Part shown: one piece after another, positions 1 through 10,459 of the stretch | Layout of the letters: the number at the start of each line of letters is the position of its first letter | Numbering within the stretch: the first letter of the stretch is position 1 | DNA from: a virus | Taxonomy: Duplodnaviria; Caudoviricetes | DNA length: 58,630 bases | Direction: 5' to 3' (one strand) | IMG/VR virus record: IMGVR_UViG_3300027861_000034 | Span: 1-58,630 of that record | Position numbers and translations under genes: made by a program | Notes under the pieces: generated by a model | What the model was told of the DNA's origin: nothing | The model's input: only the letters and a program-made list of their open reading frames with translations | The model's database searches: none

Positions 1-219
1 CTGTCAAACATCGTCTAGGTTCAATTTTAAACAACATTCTAGAGACATTGTGACAATATCCGACCCAATAGATGCAATTCTCAAAAGTCGCTCTCAGATT
101 GCTTGAAATAAAAAAAACGAAAACCGTTTAAAAATAATTGAAATATTTGTCGAGAAGCGTGAGTTTTGATAGAAAAAAGCACTATAATAAAATAAATGAT
201 AAAATAAATGATAAATCAC

Positions 220-248
220 TTGAAATATCTTTTTAGTTAGATTATGGT
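220..248 (+). promoter_or_regulatory. Possible sigma70 promoter
   Basis: TTGAAA-17 nt-TATGGT; spacer shares ttttagttrg with the promoter at 11528. Confidence 0.35.
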
Positions 249-265
249 TTCAACACACAAAATAA

Positions 266-450
266 AATATGAATTTCAAAAAATCGAAAAAGTTTCGAAC
301 TTAAAAATAAAAAGTAAAAAAGAGGGTGGGGAGTTAGTTTCCCACAGGTCTTAGTCGCTATCGCCAAAGAGTTGAGATTCTTCCTTAATTCAAGCAATAT
401 GAATTTCAAAAAATCGAAAAAGTTTCGAACTTAAAAATAAAAAGTAAAAA
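266..450 (+). repeat. 55-bp exact direct repeat (266-320 and 396-450)
   Basis: aatatgaatttcaaaaaatcgaaaaagtttcgaacttaaaaataaaaagtaaaaa twice, 130-bp period, each followed by agggtggg. Confidence 0.9.
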
Positions 451-575
451 TAGGGTGGGGGTACTAGTGAGAGATGAAAAGTGGAGTAGAGGGTATGACA
501 AGAGACTCAAGAGGGTTAGGGTTATGCAAGATATAATCTTTGTGTCGATAATAATAACTATAGGGATAATAATTT

Positions 576-779
576 ATGAAAAGTTTTGAAATAGTCTCTT
601 GCGACAATTACGAAAAGGTGTATGTTAGCCTAGAACATGATTTGAAAATAAGTAAAACAAACTCAAGATGTAACATCTATGCAAATTCAACGTCCCTGCC
701 TATCGCAGAGTTGTTGGGAGCGACAGATGAATTTATAAACAAGAAAGTTAAGCAATTAATAAACCAAAAAGGAGAATGA
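576..779 (+). CDS. Hypothetical protein
   Basis: ORF coupled by ATGA overlap to the next gene. Confidence 0.5.
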   Translation: MKSFEIVSCDNYEKVYVSLEHDLKISKTNSRCNIYANSTSLPIAELLGATDEFINKKVKQLINQKGE

Positions 780-1078
780 AACAAATGGCACAGCCAAACC
801 TAGATGTAGATGCAAGCAAAGTGGATTTTTTAGACGACACCGAACAGATCATCCTTTACTTTAAGGCTCTGTTTGATCTATCAATTGTATTTGACAAAAA
901 GAGACGAACCGACTTCATTAAGGATTTGAAGGAGCATGGGTGGAGCCAAAAGAACATTATCCACTTTGAGAACAAAGCTTCGTTGAGGACAAACTACAGC
1001 AGTAATGCTTATGTTGAATCTCAAGCTCGTGTTGAGGGGAATGGGGCATTTATGAATCCAACAGCACATATAATGTAG
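776..1078 (+). CDS. Hypothetical protein
   Basis: AGGAGA RBS, operon context. Confidence 0.6.
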   Translation: MKQMAQPNLDVDASKVDFLDDTEQIILYFKALFDLSIVFDKKRRTDFIKDLKEHGWSQKNIIHFENKASLRTNYSSNAYVESQARVEGNGAFMNPTAHIM

Positions 1079-1088
1079 GAGCTTAGAA

Positions 1089-1274
1089 ATGAAAAAAGAA
1101 TTGATTGATAACAATTGGATTAGATTTCAGTGCGAAGGGTGTGAAGATCTTATGTCCAATTTTAAACCATGTGTGTTGTTTGTCCCCGAAGATTGTGGGT
1201 GTCCAAATACCTGTATATACGGGAATAAAAACGAAGACAATTCCGACAGATCTTGTTGGCAAGAAATGGAGTAG
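1089..1274 (+). CDS. Small Cys-rich hypothetical protein
   Basis: AGGAG RBS; CEGC...C...C pattern. Confidence 0.5.
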   Translation: MKKELIDNNWIRFQCEGCEDLMSNFKPCVLFVPEDCGCPNTCIYGNKNEDNSDRSCWQEME

Positions 1275-1457
1275 GGGGATGAACAGAATAGAAGCCACAA
1301 AACTAGCAACTAATCTTATCGGAGCAGGTTTTAGAGTTTATGGATTGGGCAACTTCGACATCGCATTCGAGGATCTGATAGATGTTCTAATGGAATGCGC
1401 CCAATCTAAAACTCAAGCTATTGCTATCTATGAGAAGTTGGAAGAGGAGAGTTTAAC

Positions 1458-2261
1458 ATGAATTATGGGTGGATAAAAATCCATAGAGGTATTCGAGATA
1501 ATTGGGTGTCTCAACGAGATGACTACTTTAGTGCTTGGATAAAACTGCTGATGGAAGTGAACCACTCTCCCACTAAAACTTTTATCGGGGGAGAATTCGT
1601 TGAGTGCAACCGAGGAGAAAGCCTTAACAGCATTAAAACGTGGGTACGATTATTTAGTGGAGAGTGGACACAAAGTAAAGTTAGAACATTTTTTGCTCAC
1701 CTAGAGAAGGATGAAATGATCGAATGCACTAAGGTTCATGGAGTTACGACAAAATTAGCCGTTAATGGATATGAAGAATATCAGAGCAAAGAATCTAAAA
1801 CTGAAGTTGAAGTAGATGAACCAAAACCTAAGAAAGAGTCTACTCAACCCAAAAAAGATAACTCTTCGAAAACAATAAAAACAAGTAGTGGTGGCGAGAT
1901 AACACCCACTGACATTATCGAGCGGTGGAATAAGCTCGCAGATAAAGAAGGGTTGAAGAAAACAAAAACCAACAACCAAGGAGTCAAGAAGAAGATCTCC
2001 ACTAGGATGGGTAGCTACAAAACAATTGACGAGTGGAATGATTTGTTCAAGGCTGTTAAGGAACAGGCTCGCCACTTAAAAACCGAAGGTTGGTTTAAAT
2101 TGGATTGGGTTGTCAAGACTGATGAGAATTTTGATAAGGTGCTAGATCGTTGGATGTCTTGGAAAGATAGAGAATTTGAGAAGAAAGATAAATTCAATGA
2201 TAGTATTGACGTTCAAGATGAAATTGATAAGTGGGGAGACTATGATGAAGATGACATTTAA
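1458..2261 (+). CDS. Phage replication initiator (replisome organiser type)
   Basis: N-terminal GWIKIHR...W..LL...NH...RG motif, charged linker, C-terminal helical domain with F.LDWVV; DnaC-like gene nearby. Confidence 0.75.
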   Translation: MNYGWIKIHRGIRDNWVSQRDDYFSAWIKLLMEVNHSPTKTFIGGEFVECNRGESLNSIKTWVRLFSGEWTQSKVRTFFAHLEKDEMIECTKVHGVTTKLAVNGYEEYQSKESKTEVEVDEPKPKKESTQPKKDNSSKTIKTSSGGEITPTDIIERWNKLADKEGLKKTKTNNQGVKKKISTRMGSYKTIDEWNDLFKAVKEQARHLKTEGWFKLDWVVKTDENFDKVLDRWMSWKDREFEKKDKFNDSIDVQDEIDKWGDYDEDDI

Positions 2262-2426
2262 AGAATTCGTAAGAGCCACCTGTCCCGATTGTACTTTGAG
2301 TGGTTTTCAAATAGAACTTTTTGAATCGGCAATAAAGAATAATCGCCAAATAACTATTGGTGGTAGGAGAAGTGGTGTTTCGTTTTTGAAAAAGAAATAT
2401 ATAAAATGGATAGAGGAGGTAGTGGA

Positions 2427-3416
2427 ATGAGAAATTTAAAATATTATAAATCAGAAAAAGGACTCTACATAACCCAAGTGGTTAAGTGGAGCGGAAACGT
2501 AGCATTTTCAGAATCAACTAAAATTAATGGAAAGAAATGGAGCCCAACCACATCTAAAAGTTGGGTATTTGTTGATGGCGAAAGTGAAATCCTAAAGATT
2601 GAAGATTTAGGACAGTCGAAGAGAACCAATTGTCGATACGAATTGACAAATAAGGATTTGGTTAGCGATAAGATTCCTCTAGTCATAATGGAAGATGACT
2701 TAGAGACAGAAGAATGTGAAGATTATGGAGATGATATTTGGGTTGGGAAATACGCAGGGTTGAATTCAATGTATGAGTTCAAGTACGACATTCAAAAGAG
2801 GGAATATGAATCTGTTGAGTTCGAAGCTGAGATTGTCGGGGAAATAGTTGGTGAGTTTAGTAGCAACCCAATCGATGCTAGATACGGACTAAATTACGAC
2901 AGAAAACAAACCGAAAAATGTCTAACAGATTTAATCCAATATGAAGAATTTGAGAGATTTATGACTCCCGAATTTGGGTTGCAACATCGCCCTTGTTATA
3001 TTTCTTCTGTGAATACATACAAAATGGTGAGAAGTTATATCAAAAATAATATTGATCCTGCTGTTGCCGAAATAACAAGTGATTATGATTTTTGTTTCAC
3101 TGTCAAAAAGAAAATAAGAATCAACCCATACGTTACTAAAAGAGAAATAACAAAAACTAATGGGAAGAGTTACGCAAAACCTAGATTCAAGGAGTGGACA
3201 ACCACCCACGAGAAAAAAGAAATCTTCGAGATGACAGATAAGAAGCGATGTTATCAAGGCTACACTCCGATTGATGGTTTTAGTGGGAACAACATCTACG
3301 ACCTAAAAGAGAATGTCGATTTGTTTTTTAAGGAATTGATGTTAGTTATAAATGAACCGTTGATGGCATGTGAATGTTGCAACGGAAGTGGGATTGTTAA
3401 GGAGAACAATAAATGA
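2427..3416 (+). CDS. Conserved phage hypothetical protein with C-terminal CxxC
   Basis: Long ORF; likely start ATG 2427 after GGAGGT; ITSDYDFCFTVKK motif; CECCNGSG. Confidence 0.7.
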   Translation: MRNLKYYKSEKGLYITQVVKWSGNVAFSESTKINGKKWSPTTSKSWVFVDGESEILKIEDLGQSKRTNCRYELTNKDLVSDKIPLVIMEDDLETEECEDYGDDIWVGKYAGLNSMYEFKYDIQKREYESVEFEAEIVGEIVGEFSSNPIDARYGLNYDRKQTEKCLTDLIQYEEFERFMTPEFGLQHRPCYISSVNTYKMVRSYIKNNIDPAVAEITSDYDFCFTVKKKIRINPYVTKREITKTNGKSYAKPRFKEWTTTHEKKEIFEMTDKKRCYQGYTPIDGFSGNNIYDLKENVDLFFKELMLVINEPLMACECCNGSGIVKENNK

Positions 3417-4042
3417 GCGAAGCAACTAAAAAAAGAATTGAACAGCGAAGATTGGAAAGAATAAAGAATGAGCACAAAGCTAATTTAGAAAATGGCAATG
3501 CTCCATTCGCTCTACCTAAGTTGTTTACTGATGCTACTTTAGAGGATTTCGATCTACCACAATATCCAAAAAATATGGCAAGTTGGTCTAAGAAGAAAGC
3601 TCAAAATAAAGAGTCAATTTATGTCTTCGGAGAGTTTGGTGCAGGGAAGAGTAGGTGGGCTTACTCCTACGCTAAACACCTCTATCTAGAATTGGGGATT
3701 AGACAAGTGGTGGTTATTCGCTTCTCTGATATATTTAAGCATGTTGGTATGCATTTTGGAGAGTTTAAAGAAGACGAGATCTTCAAACAACTAAAAACTT
3801 GTTCCACTCTAATTATTGATGATATCCGAAAGATAGCAGGTAAGAACGAGAATCAATTCAACTCTTTTGTCGATTTGCTAGATGCTCGAATAGAGAGTGG
3901 GTTGGTGACGTGCTTCACTAGTAATCTCCCACCAAATAAAATCTCAGAGGAGAACAATCGCATAACGAGTAGGTTGACAAGAATCTTGAAGAAAAAAGAA
4001 AATATTAAAGTTTTCAAAAAATCTTTTGTTGAGGAGTTATAA
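3413..4042 (+). CDS. DnaC/IstB-like AAA+ helicase loader
   Basis: F..ATLEDF, Walker A GEFGAGKS, Walker B LIIDD, TSNL and SRL motifs. Confidence 0.85.
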   Translation: MSEATKKRIEQRRLERIKNEHKANLENGNAPFALPKLFTDATLEDFDLPQYPKNMASWSKKKAQNKESIYVFGEFGAGKSRWAYSYAKHLYLELGIRQVVVIRFSDIFKHVGMHFGEFKEDEIFKQLKTCSTLIIDDIRKIAGKNENQFNSFVDLLDARIESGLVTCFTSNLPPNKISEENNRITSRLTRILKKKENIKVFKKSFVEEL

Positions 4043-4365
4043 TATGATTTGGTTGATAGTTATACTAATCGTCATATTCATTGTTCCATTTTTCGTTTCT
4101 ATCGCAGAAGAGAAAAGTGATCTTAAAAAACACCTAGACAATAGGCCATCAGAGCCGATACCTAGAGACTACAAGAGATTGGAGGATATAGATAAAAAAC
4201 TTAAGGGTGGAGTCCACAACATGTGTATTTTGGAGTTTCACGCTTTGATGAATGAGGTCATTTCCATTAGGGATCAAATAAAAAAGTACGATAATTGGAG
4301 ATATCAACTTGAAATGTACGAATGGAAGCGTTAAGGTAGAGGTAACTTAACAAAGGAGAAAGGAA

Positions 4366-4560
4366 ATGGCTTACCTAACAAAAGAAACTATCGAAAACTT
4401 TGACGCAGTAGTAATTGAAACAAAAGAAGGATTTCAAATCGAAACAACATCAAGTAATTGGGCTTCATCAACAATCATACCAAGAACTTACTCAACAAAA
4501 TCATATGCAAATAAGAAGCTTAAAGAATATAAGAATGATATAATCAACGCTTATAAATAA
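4366..4560 (+). CDS. Hypothetical protein
   Basis: Strong AAGGAG RBS. Confidence 0.6.
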   Translation: MAYLTKETIENFDAVVIETKEGFQIETTSSNWASSTIIPRTYSTKSYANKKLKEYKNDIINAYK

Positions 4561-4906
4561 CTACAGGTGGGGATATGAGATGAGGGATCAACTTACGAGA
4601 AAACAGAGCGAGCTAGTCGAGATCTTAAAGATGAAAGGGCTTCACATAACGTTCAGAAAGACATCTGGCAGATGGAGCTCTCCAATATCATATCGGCTTG
4701 CGTGGTGTGGCGAAAGTGGATGCAGGAAAGAAAGCTTGAAGAAACTGTCGTGGAAGACCGTTGAGTCATTGATAGAAAAGAGGATTGTTGTTAGTTCAAG
4801 TCTTTTCGAAACAGCCACACATCCATTTCTAATACTATCTTCCGACTTCGATAGGGTTGATTTGGATGTGTGGAAGGTGTTATCGCTAAAACAAGAAATA
4901 TACTAA

Positions 4907-5194
4907 ATGGAGGAACAAGAAATGAACGCACAAGAAATAATAGAAGAAAATAATTGGAACGAACTAATAGACCACGATGATTGGGATCACCAAAGCTATT
5001 GTTATGACTTTAGTAGAGTATTTGAATTTAAGGGGAAGTACTATTTAATAGAGTGTTGGTTCACTTCTGAAAATGGTGGCCTTACTTGGGAAAGAGATAT
5101 CTATAAAAACGATAATCTAGAAATAACTGAAGTTGATGTTACTAGCAGAGAGGTTACTTACACTGAATATTCATATAGGAGAACGGCAGAATGA
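4907..5194 (+). CDS. Acidic hypothetical protein
   Basis: Operon context. Confidence 0.55.
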   Translation: MEEQEMNAQEIIEENNWNELIDHDDWDHQSYCYDFSRVFEFKGKYYLIECWFTSENGGLTWERDIYKNDNLEITEVDVTSREVTYTEYSYRRTAE

Positions 5195-5450
5195 AAATTA
5201 AAGAAGTGGCAACGGAAGATTCAGTTCTCTACCGACCTAGCGAAATTAAAGAAGGAGAGGTATTTGTACACGAGTCCAACTTGAAAAATATAGAATAAAG
5301 ATGAAGGATGAGGACAATAGATTTTGTTACTTTGACCTATTGACAAATTCTGTAAGTTATTCGGCATGTAATGAGTGTCGCTATTATATTTGTAACTGTA
5401 CACTATTTGTCGATGGGCTTGTGTCGAAATATAACAAAACGAATGGATAA
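5191..5450 (+). pseudogene. Probable frameshifted small gene
   Basis: Frame breaks at the A5 run 5284-5288; one extra A joins MKIKEVA... to ...RIKMKDEDNRF...NG*. Confidence 0.4.
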
Positions 5451-5453
5451 CCA

Positions 5454-5792
5454 ATGAAACTATATAAAATTTTTGAAGAGAAAAACGGCAAGTTATACAA
5501 CCTATTTCACGGAATGGTGGCTGGGGATCGAGAAGTTGAAATTGGGGTAGAGTATCAAAATAGAGATAAGATGATACGAGATGGAGGTAACAATCGGTAC
5601 TACAGGTCGGGAATTCATGCTCACTATGATGTAAAATTTACAAAAGAATGGCTAAAACGATTTGACTCCACCAACAGACACATCTATATTTGTGAAGGCG
5701 AAGTAAGAGAAGATAAGGCCACTAGTGATGGAAAAGTATCTTTGTGTGATAAGATAACAATTTTGCATAAATACGAAATGGAGAATAACTAA
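5454..5792 (+). CDS. Hypothetical protein
   Basis: ORF in operon; LFHG...SGIHA motif. Confidence 0.6.
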   Translation: MKLYKIFEEKNGKLYNLFHGMVAGDREVEIGVEYQNRDKMIRDGGNNRYYRSGIHAHYDVKFTKEWLKRFDSTNRHIYICEGEVREDKATSDGKVSLCDKITILHKYEMENN

Positions 5793-6019
5793 TGGGAATG
5801 TACGATTACGTTAAAGCACCGACCTTTCCTTGCAAGAGTTGTGGAGAACAACTAGATAATTGGCAATCTAAGGATGCTGATTGTGAATGTGAAGAAGTTG
5901 GTATGGGTGATGTCGATTGCTTTTATGATTGGTGTGATAATTGTAACACAATGAATACCTATAGAAGGAAGCACAACCCACGCCCCGATAGATTTGAAGA
6001 CTTTGAGTTGGAGGAGTAA
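5792..6019 (+). CDS. Zinc-ribbon hypothetical protein
   Basis: MGMYD start, CKSC...QSKD...CDNC. Confidence 0.65.
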   Translation: MGMYDYVKAPTFPCKSCGEQLDNWQSKDADCECEEVGMGDVDCFYDWCDNCNTMNTYRRKHNPRPDRFEDFELEE

Positions 6020-6592
6020 ATGGATTATACAGATGAAGAGGTGATAGATGAACTCTACTACTACTTAAACAAAAGAGTAGTGGTGGTGTCATCTTTGTGG
6101 ACTATCGATGGGTTCTTAATGGAGGATCGACACACAAATGAACGGTATTATGTTGGGAAGAAAGGGTCATTTTACCTAGACTGCCATACCATATATTCTG
6201 AAAATGTTTATGAGATTCAATTGATGGAAGATTACGCAATCGTAATAATGGATTTTTAAGGAGGAATAAATGAAACTGAATATGCACAACAAACTAAAGG
6301 AAAGTCTGCTAAAAGCCAAAGACCAAGGTTATACAGAATTTACGGTTGATTCACTTTTGGTTGAAGTTCAGAAACAGATCGACCACATGCAGGAGCAAGT
6401 TGATGGAGGATAGAGCAGACCCTAGATGCACCAAGGATTGTCACTACTGCTTTCATTATTATTATAGGGCATGTTTTGACGATGAGTATGACGATTATTT
6501 CAAAGTAACAAAAAGTTTGGTGGAGTTTTCTCTTCAACCAGATCTTATAGGGTTAGTTGAACAAGATAGACTTGACGAATTTAAGGAATTGT

Positions 6593-8308
6593 ATGGCAAA
6601 TTATAGAAAAGTAAAGAAAGGTGAAGAAGGCATCCCATCTGCTCTCAAGAAAATCGAGAAGATGGATGCCAATATGGAGCGCAGAATTCTTGTTGCTTCA
6701 ATCGTCTCTGACGAATATTGCTCCGACATTTTTAAGAATAGGAAATTAATTGGAGATCTCCTCCCTGCTAACAGTAGTAAGATGGTGTGGAATTTTGCAC
6801 TAAATTTCTATGACAAATGGAATTGTGCAGTAAGGGGATCGTTGAGAAATGTATTCGAAGATGAATCAAGGGAGATGTCAAAAGAACTATCTGATGATAT
6901 TGAAGATTTGTTGATTGGGGTTAGTAAGCAATACTCCAACGATGATTTCAATCATAAGTATGAATTTGAGCAAACTCAAAAATATATAGACGAGAGACAT
7001 CTTGAGGACAACTTGAAGGAAGCACAAGCTTTGCTTGATTTGGGTAGAGCGGAGGAAGCTCAAGAGTTGAAGATGAGCTTTCAACCTATTGATTGGGAAG
7101 ACTGCGATGGGGCTTTTGATCCGTTTAAAGATGCAGACATGATGGATCGATCTATTAATGAATCTGTGACTCCACTCACTAATCTTCGAGGAGGTTTAGG
7201 TCAATACATGAACCGAGAGATTACTCGTGGAAGCTACGTTTCGATAATTGCGGCCGAAAAAAGTGGTAAGACGTTCACCCTTATGGACATAGCTATACAA
7301 GCAATAAACCAAGGGTTAAATGTAGCGTTTGTAGGTCTAGGTGATATGAGCGATTCTCAGATGTGTCAGAGATTATTATCTATGGTGGCAAAACAGCCAA
7401 TAGAAAGTGCTAGTTGCGGAGAACGATTGGTGGTGGAGCTTGATTGTGTTCACAACCAAAATGGCTCATGTAACCACAAATGTGGAGAGTCTATTTTTAT
7501 TGAAGACACAGAAACAGGAGAAACTGAACGATTAGTTTACGAAGATCTTGAAGATGATTATGTGGCTTGTAGTGATTGCAGAAGAGACGAGAAATTATCA
7601 AAGAGAATCGGAAAGCAATTTAAGGGTGCAATTTGGCACAAGAAAGAATTCTTCGGAACTGAGTTTTGTGATGAGTTAGTTGGGTTGGATTTGAAGCAAG
7701 CTCAACTAGAAGTTGCCAAGATGTTAAGGAGAGGGAAGAAGGGTGACTATAGGTTTTATGCCTATTCAACAGGAAGCAAATCTGTTGGTGATATAGACAG
7801 AATCTTAAAAGAAGAGAAGAAGAAAACAGGATTTCACCCAGATCTTATTATTGCTGATTACTCTGATCTATTTGCTCCAGAAAACGGGATATCAATGTCT
7901 GATGAGAGGGGTATGTGTAATGCTAGGTATATGAAATGTCGAAGTATGGCACTAGAGTGGGATGCCTGTTTCCTCACGGCATTGCAGGCAAATTCAAACA
8001 CCTATAAAAAATTGATGCTTGATAGAGGTTCGTTTAGTTTGGATCGAAGAATACTATCTCATGCAACAGCGGTGTTTGGATTAGTTAAATCGCCAAAAGA
8101 TCATGAAATGAGCTCTTGCCGAATGGGGCAGATTCTAGCTAGGAATACTCGATTTACTGATGAGCAGGTTGTTATATTGCAAGATTTATCTAGTGGGCAA
8201 TTTCATATAGATTCTTATGTTGCAACATTGGCGGAACTGAAGGAGAGTCATCCTGCATACCTCGATGCTGAATTAAGAGAAAGGGATGAAAGGACAGATA
8301 GTAGATAA
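6593..8308 (+). CDS. DnaB-like (SF4) replicative helicase with Cys-rich insertion
   Basis: Walker A AAEKSGKT, LIIADYSD, TALQAN, RN motif; likely start ATG 6593. Confidence 0.8.
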   Translation: MANYRKVKKGEEGIPSALKKIEKMDANMERRILVASIVSDEYCSDIFKNRKLIGDLLPANSSKMVWNFALNFYDKWNCAVRGSLRNVFEDESREMSKELSDDIEDLLIGVSKQYSNDDFNHKYEFEQTQKYIDERHLEDNLKEAQALLDLGRAEEAQELKMSFQPIDWEDCDGAFDPFKDADMMDRSINESVTPLTNLRGGLGQYMNREITRGSYVSIIAAEKSGKTFTLMDIAIQAINQGLNVAFVGLGDMSDSQMCQRLLSMVAKQPIESASCGERLVVELDCVHNQNGSCNHKCGESIFIEDTETGETERLVYEDLEDDYVACSDCRRDEKLSKRIGKQFKGAIWHKKEFFGTEFCDELVGLDLKQAQLEVAKMLRRGKKGDYRFYAYSTGSKSVGDIDRILKEEKKKTGFHPDLIIADYSDLFAPENGISMSDERGMCNARYMKCRSMALEWDACFLTALQANSNTYKKLMLDRGSFSLDRRILSHATAVFGLVKSPKDHEMSSCRMGQILARNTRFTDEQVVILQDLSSGQFHIDSYVATLAELKESHPAYLDAELRERDERTDSR

Positions 8309-8556
8309 AATGAAAATAATAGATAAAATTAACCTAGAATATCACTTATTCTACCGCAAAAACTATTGTCGCTATCCCACCAAGCTCTATTTAGGTGCAA
8401 AGGAGGTGGAGTCAGTTTTATCTTATATTGCAGAAACCATGAAAAAACCTAAAGAATTACTTGACAAGGATGGAGAGATGTGTATATTTGGAATGGAAAT
8501 AATTGAAGTGGCGAAAATGAATCATTTTAATGTAACAATTTAAAGGAGAAAAAGGA

Positions 8557-9057
8557 ATGAGTAAGGATTTTAACACAAACACAAATAATCATGATGAGTG
8601 GCTAACCCCAAAATATATTACTGAGGCTTTAGGTGAATTTGACCTAGACCCTTGTAGCCCAGGAGAAAGGAGGCCGTGGGACACCGCAAAAGAACACATA
8701 GGTTTACCTCAAGATGGGCTCGCTACAGAGTGGGCAGGTAGGGTTTGGTGCAATCCTCCATATGGGAGAGAAACATTCATATGGCTAGAAAAATTAGCAA
8801 ACCACGGGAATGGAATGGCATTGATTTTTGCGAGGACAGAAACAAAGGGTTTTCACTCTGAGGTTTGGGAAAAGGCTCATAGCGTATTCTTCTTTAAGGG
8901 TAGATTGAAATTTTGCAAAGTTGATGGTACTACCAAAGATTCTGCAAACGCACCAAGTTGTTTAGTCTCTTATTCAGAGAGCGATACGTTAAAAATAGAA
9001 GATGCGATCTTTGAAGATAAAATAATTGGTAGACTAGTTAAAATTAAAAATTGCTAA
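8557..9057 (+). CDS. Phage N6-adenine DNA methyltransferase (Dam-phage family)
   Basis: DEWLTP, FDLDPC, VWCNPPY, ARTET, GRLKF motifs. Confidence 0.9.
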   Translation: MSKDFNTNTNNHDEWLTPKYITEALGEFDLDPCSPGERRPWDTAKEHIGLPQDGLATEWAGRVWCNPPYGRETFIWLEKLANHGNGMALIFARTETKGFHSEVWEKAHSVFFFKGRLKFCKVDGTTKDSANAPSCLVSYSESDTLKIEDAIFEDKIIGRLVKIKNC

Positions 9058-9082
9058 CAATTTAAAGAGGAGAAAAAAGGAA

Positions 9083-10015
9083 ATGAATTATGCAGAAAGA
9101 CAAAGAAAGTGGATGAAAGAAAATAATGTCCACGTTGGCGACAAAGTGAAGGTTGTTCGCAAAGCAGACGATTACGAAGATGGGTGGGGTGACAGTTGGG
9201 TTGAAAAAATGGATGAGATGTTTGGTGGTGTTTACGAGATTGTAGAAAATGATGACGTTATAGGAGAAGAGGATGGGCTTCTTCTCAAATTCAACAAAGA
9301 CCTCGACTTCCATCTCCCATATTTCTGCCTTGAAGTTGTAGGAGACAAAATCGAGCAAACCAAAGATAACCATCTGTTAAGAGAGGAGGAGGAAGAAGTA
9401 GAGTTAATCAATGGCAACATCTACCACATCACTTGCCATCGAACTGACGACTCTCCTAGCGAATGGATCTATCGCTACGACAACTCAATCGGTGGTAGAA
9501 CTCGATGCAATGGTTCATACGAGGTATTTGCCGATGAAGATAAATATTGGGAAGGGAGAGGTTTTGTTGCAGATGAAGATGAGATTGAATCCATTCGTAA
9601 GGCTACCAAGGAAGAGAAAGATATTTTCCTAGAAGCAGAGTGCAGATGCATAGAGAAAGAAGCTAGATACCAACAACGAGTAGATCAGTTCTACGAAGAG
9701 CACGAAGAAGACCAATTGTGCGCAGACTATTCTGCCGAAGCAGGAGAGGTCATAAACTCCATTAAATTTGGGTATAGCAAACCAAAGAATAAGTACTCAA
9801 GAGAGATCTTCCCTAACGTCTTCATTGACGTTTACGATGTCCTCAGAGCATTTAAAGTGGAAGATGGAGCTTTACAGCATCTTATCAAAAAAGCCCTAGC
9901 TGATGGACAGAGAGGGCATAAGGATCAGATGCAAGATAGGATTGATATTCGAGATAGTGCAGAGTGCGCTATTCGGAATTTAAAAATAAAAATAAAAATT
10001 GAGGAGAATGAGTAA
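9083..10015 (+). CDS. Multidomain protein with C-terminal DUF3310/SaV-like domain
   Basis: IDVYDVLRAF...QHLIKK...RGHKD C-terminus; N-terminal VGDKVKV SH3/KOW-like module. Confidence 0.6.
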   Translation: MNYAERQRKWMKENNVHVGDKVKVVRKADDYEDGWGDSWVEKMDEMFGGVYEIVENDDVIGEEDGLLLKFNKDLDFHLPYFCLEVVGDKIEQTKDNHLLREEEEEVELINGNIYHITCHRTDDSPSEWIYRYDNSIGGRTRCNGSYEVFADEDKYWEGRGFVADEDEIESIRKATKEEKDIFLEAECRCIEKEARYQQRVDQFYEEHEEDQLCADYSAEAGEVINSIKFGYSKPKNKYSREIFPNVFIDVYDVLRAFKVEDGALQHLIKKALADGQRGHKDQMQDRIDIRDSAECAIRNLKIKIKIEENE

Positions 10016-10248
10016 TGGATATTTATTTTGCAATAGGAACATTTGTTTCTGTATTCCTCTTACTCTATTCATGCAGAGAAGAGAGTGGAGTCGCGCTTCT
10101 ATCATCTTTGATGTTGTTTGTTACCTGCGTAATCGCACTAACAAGCCACCAAGATAGATATAAAGAAGGTCAAATAGATGCCATCAACGGAAAAATTAAA
10201 TATGAGCAAATAGAAACTAAACAATGGAAATTAAAGGAGAATGAGTAA
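10015..10248 (+). CDS. Small membrane protein
   Basis: Two hydrophobic segments, then YKEGQIDAINGKIKY. Confidence 0.6.
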   Translation: MDIYFAIGTFVSVFLLLYSCREESGVALLSSLMLFVTCVIALTSHQDRYKEGQIDAINGKIKYEQIETKQWKLKENE

Positions 10249-10459
10249 ATGGAGAAGATTTTATTGGAGTATGACGAAGGAGCAGGGTTGTTGTTAGACA
10301 AAAATGGAAATCAAGTTTACGGAGCTGTTAATCTAGAGGGCTTTGAACAAGAAGATCTCAAAGCCCAACCAAACAATGTATCTGAGCTAGTAAACTTAAA
10401 GACGAACGGTTTCACCACCGAAGAAATAATTAAAATGAAACAAGGAGGAATCCTGTAAC

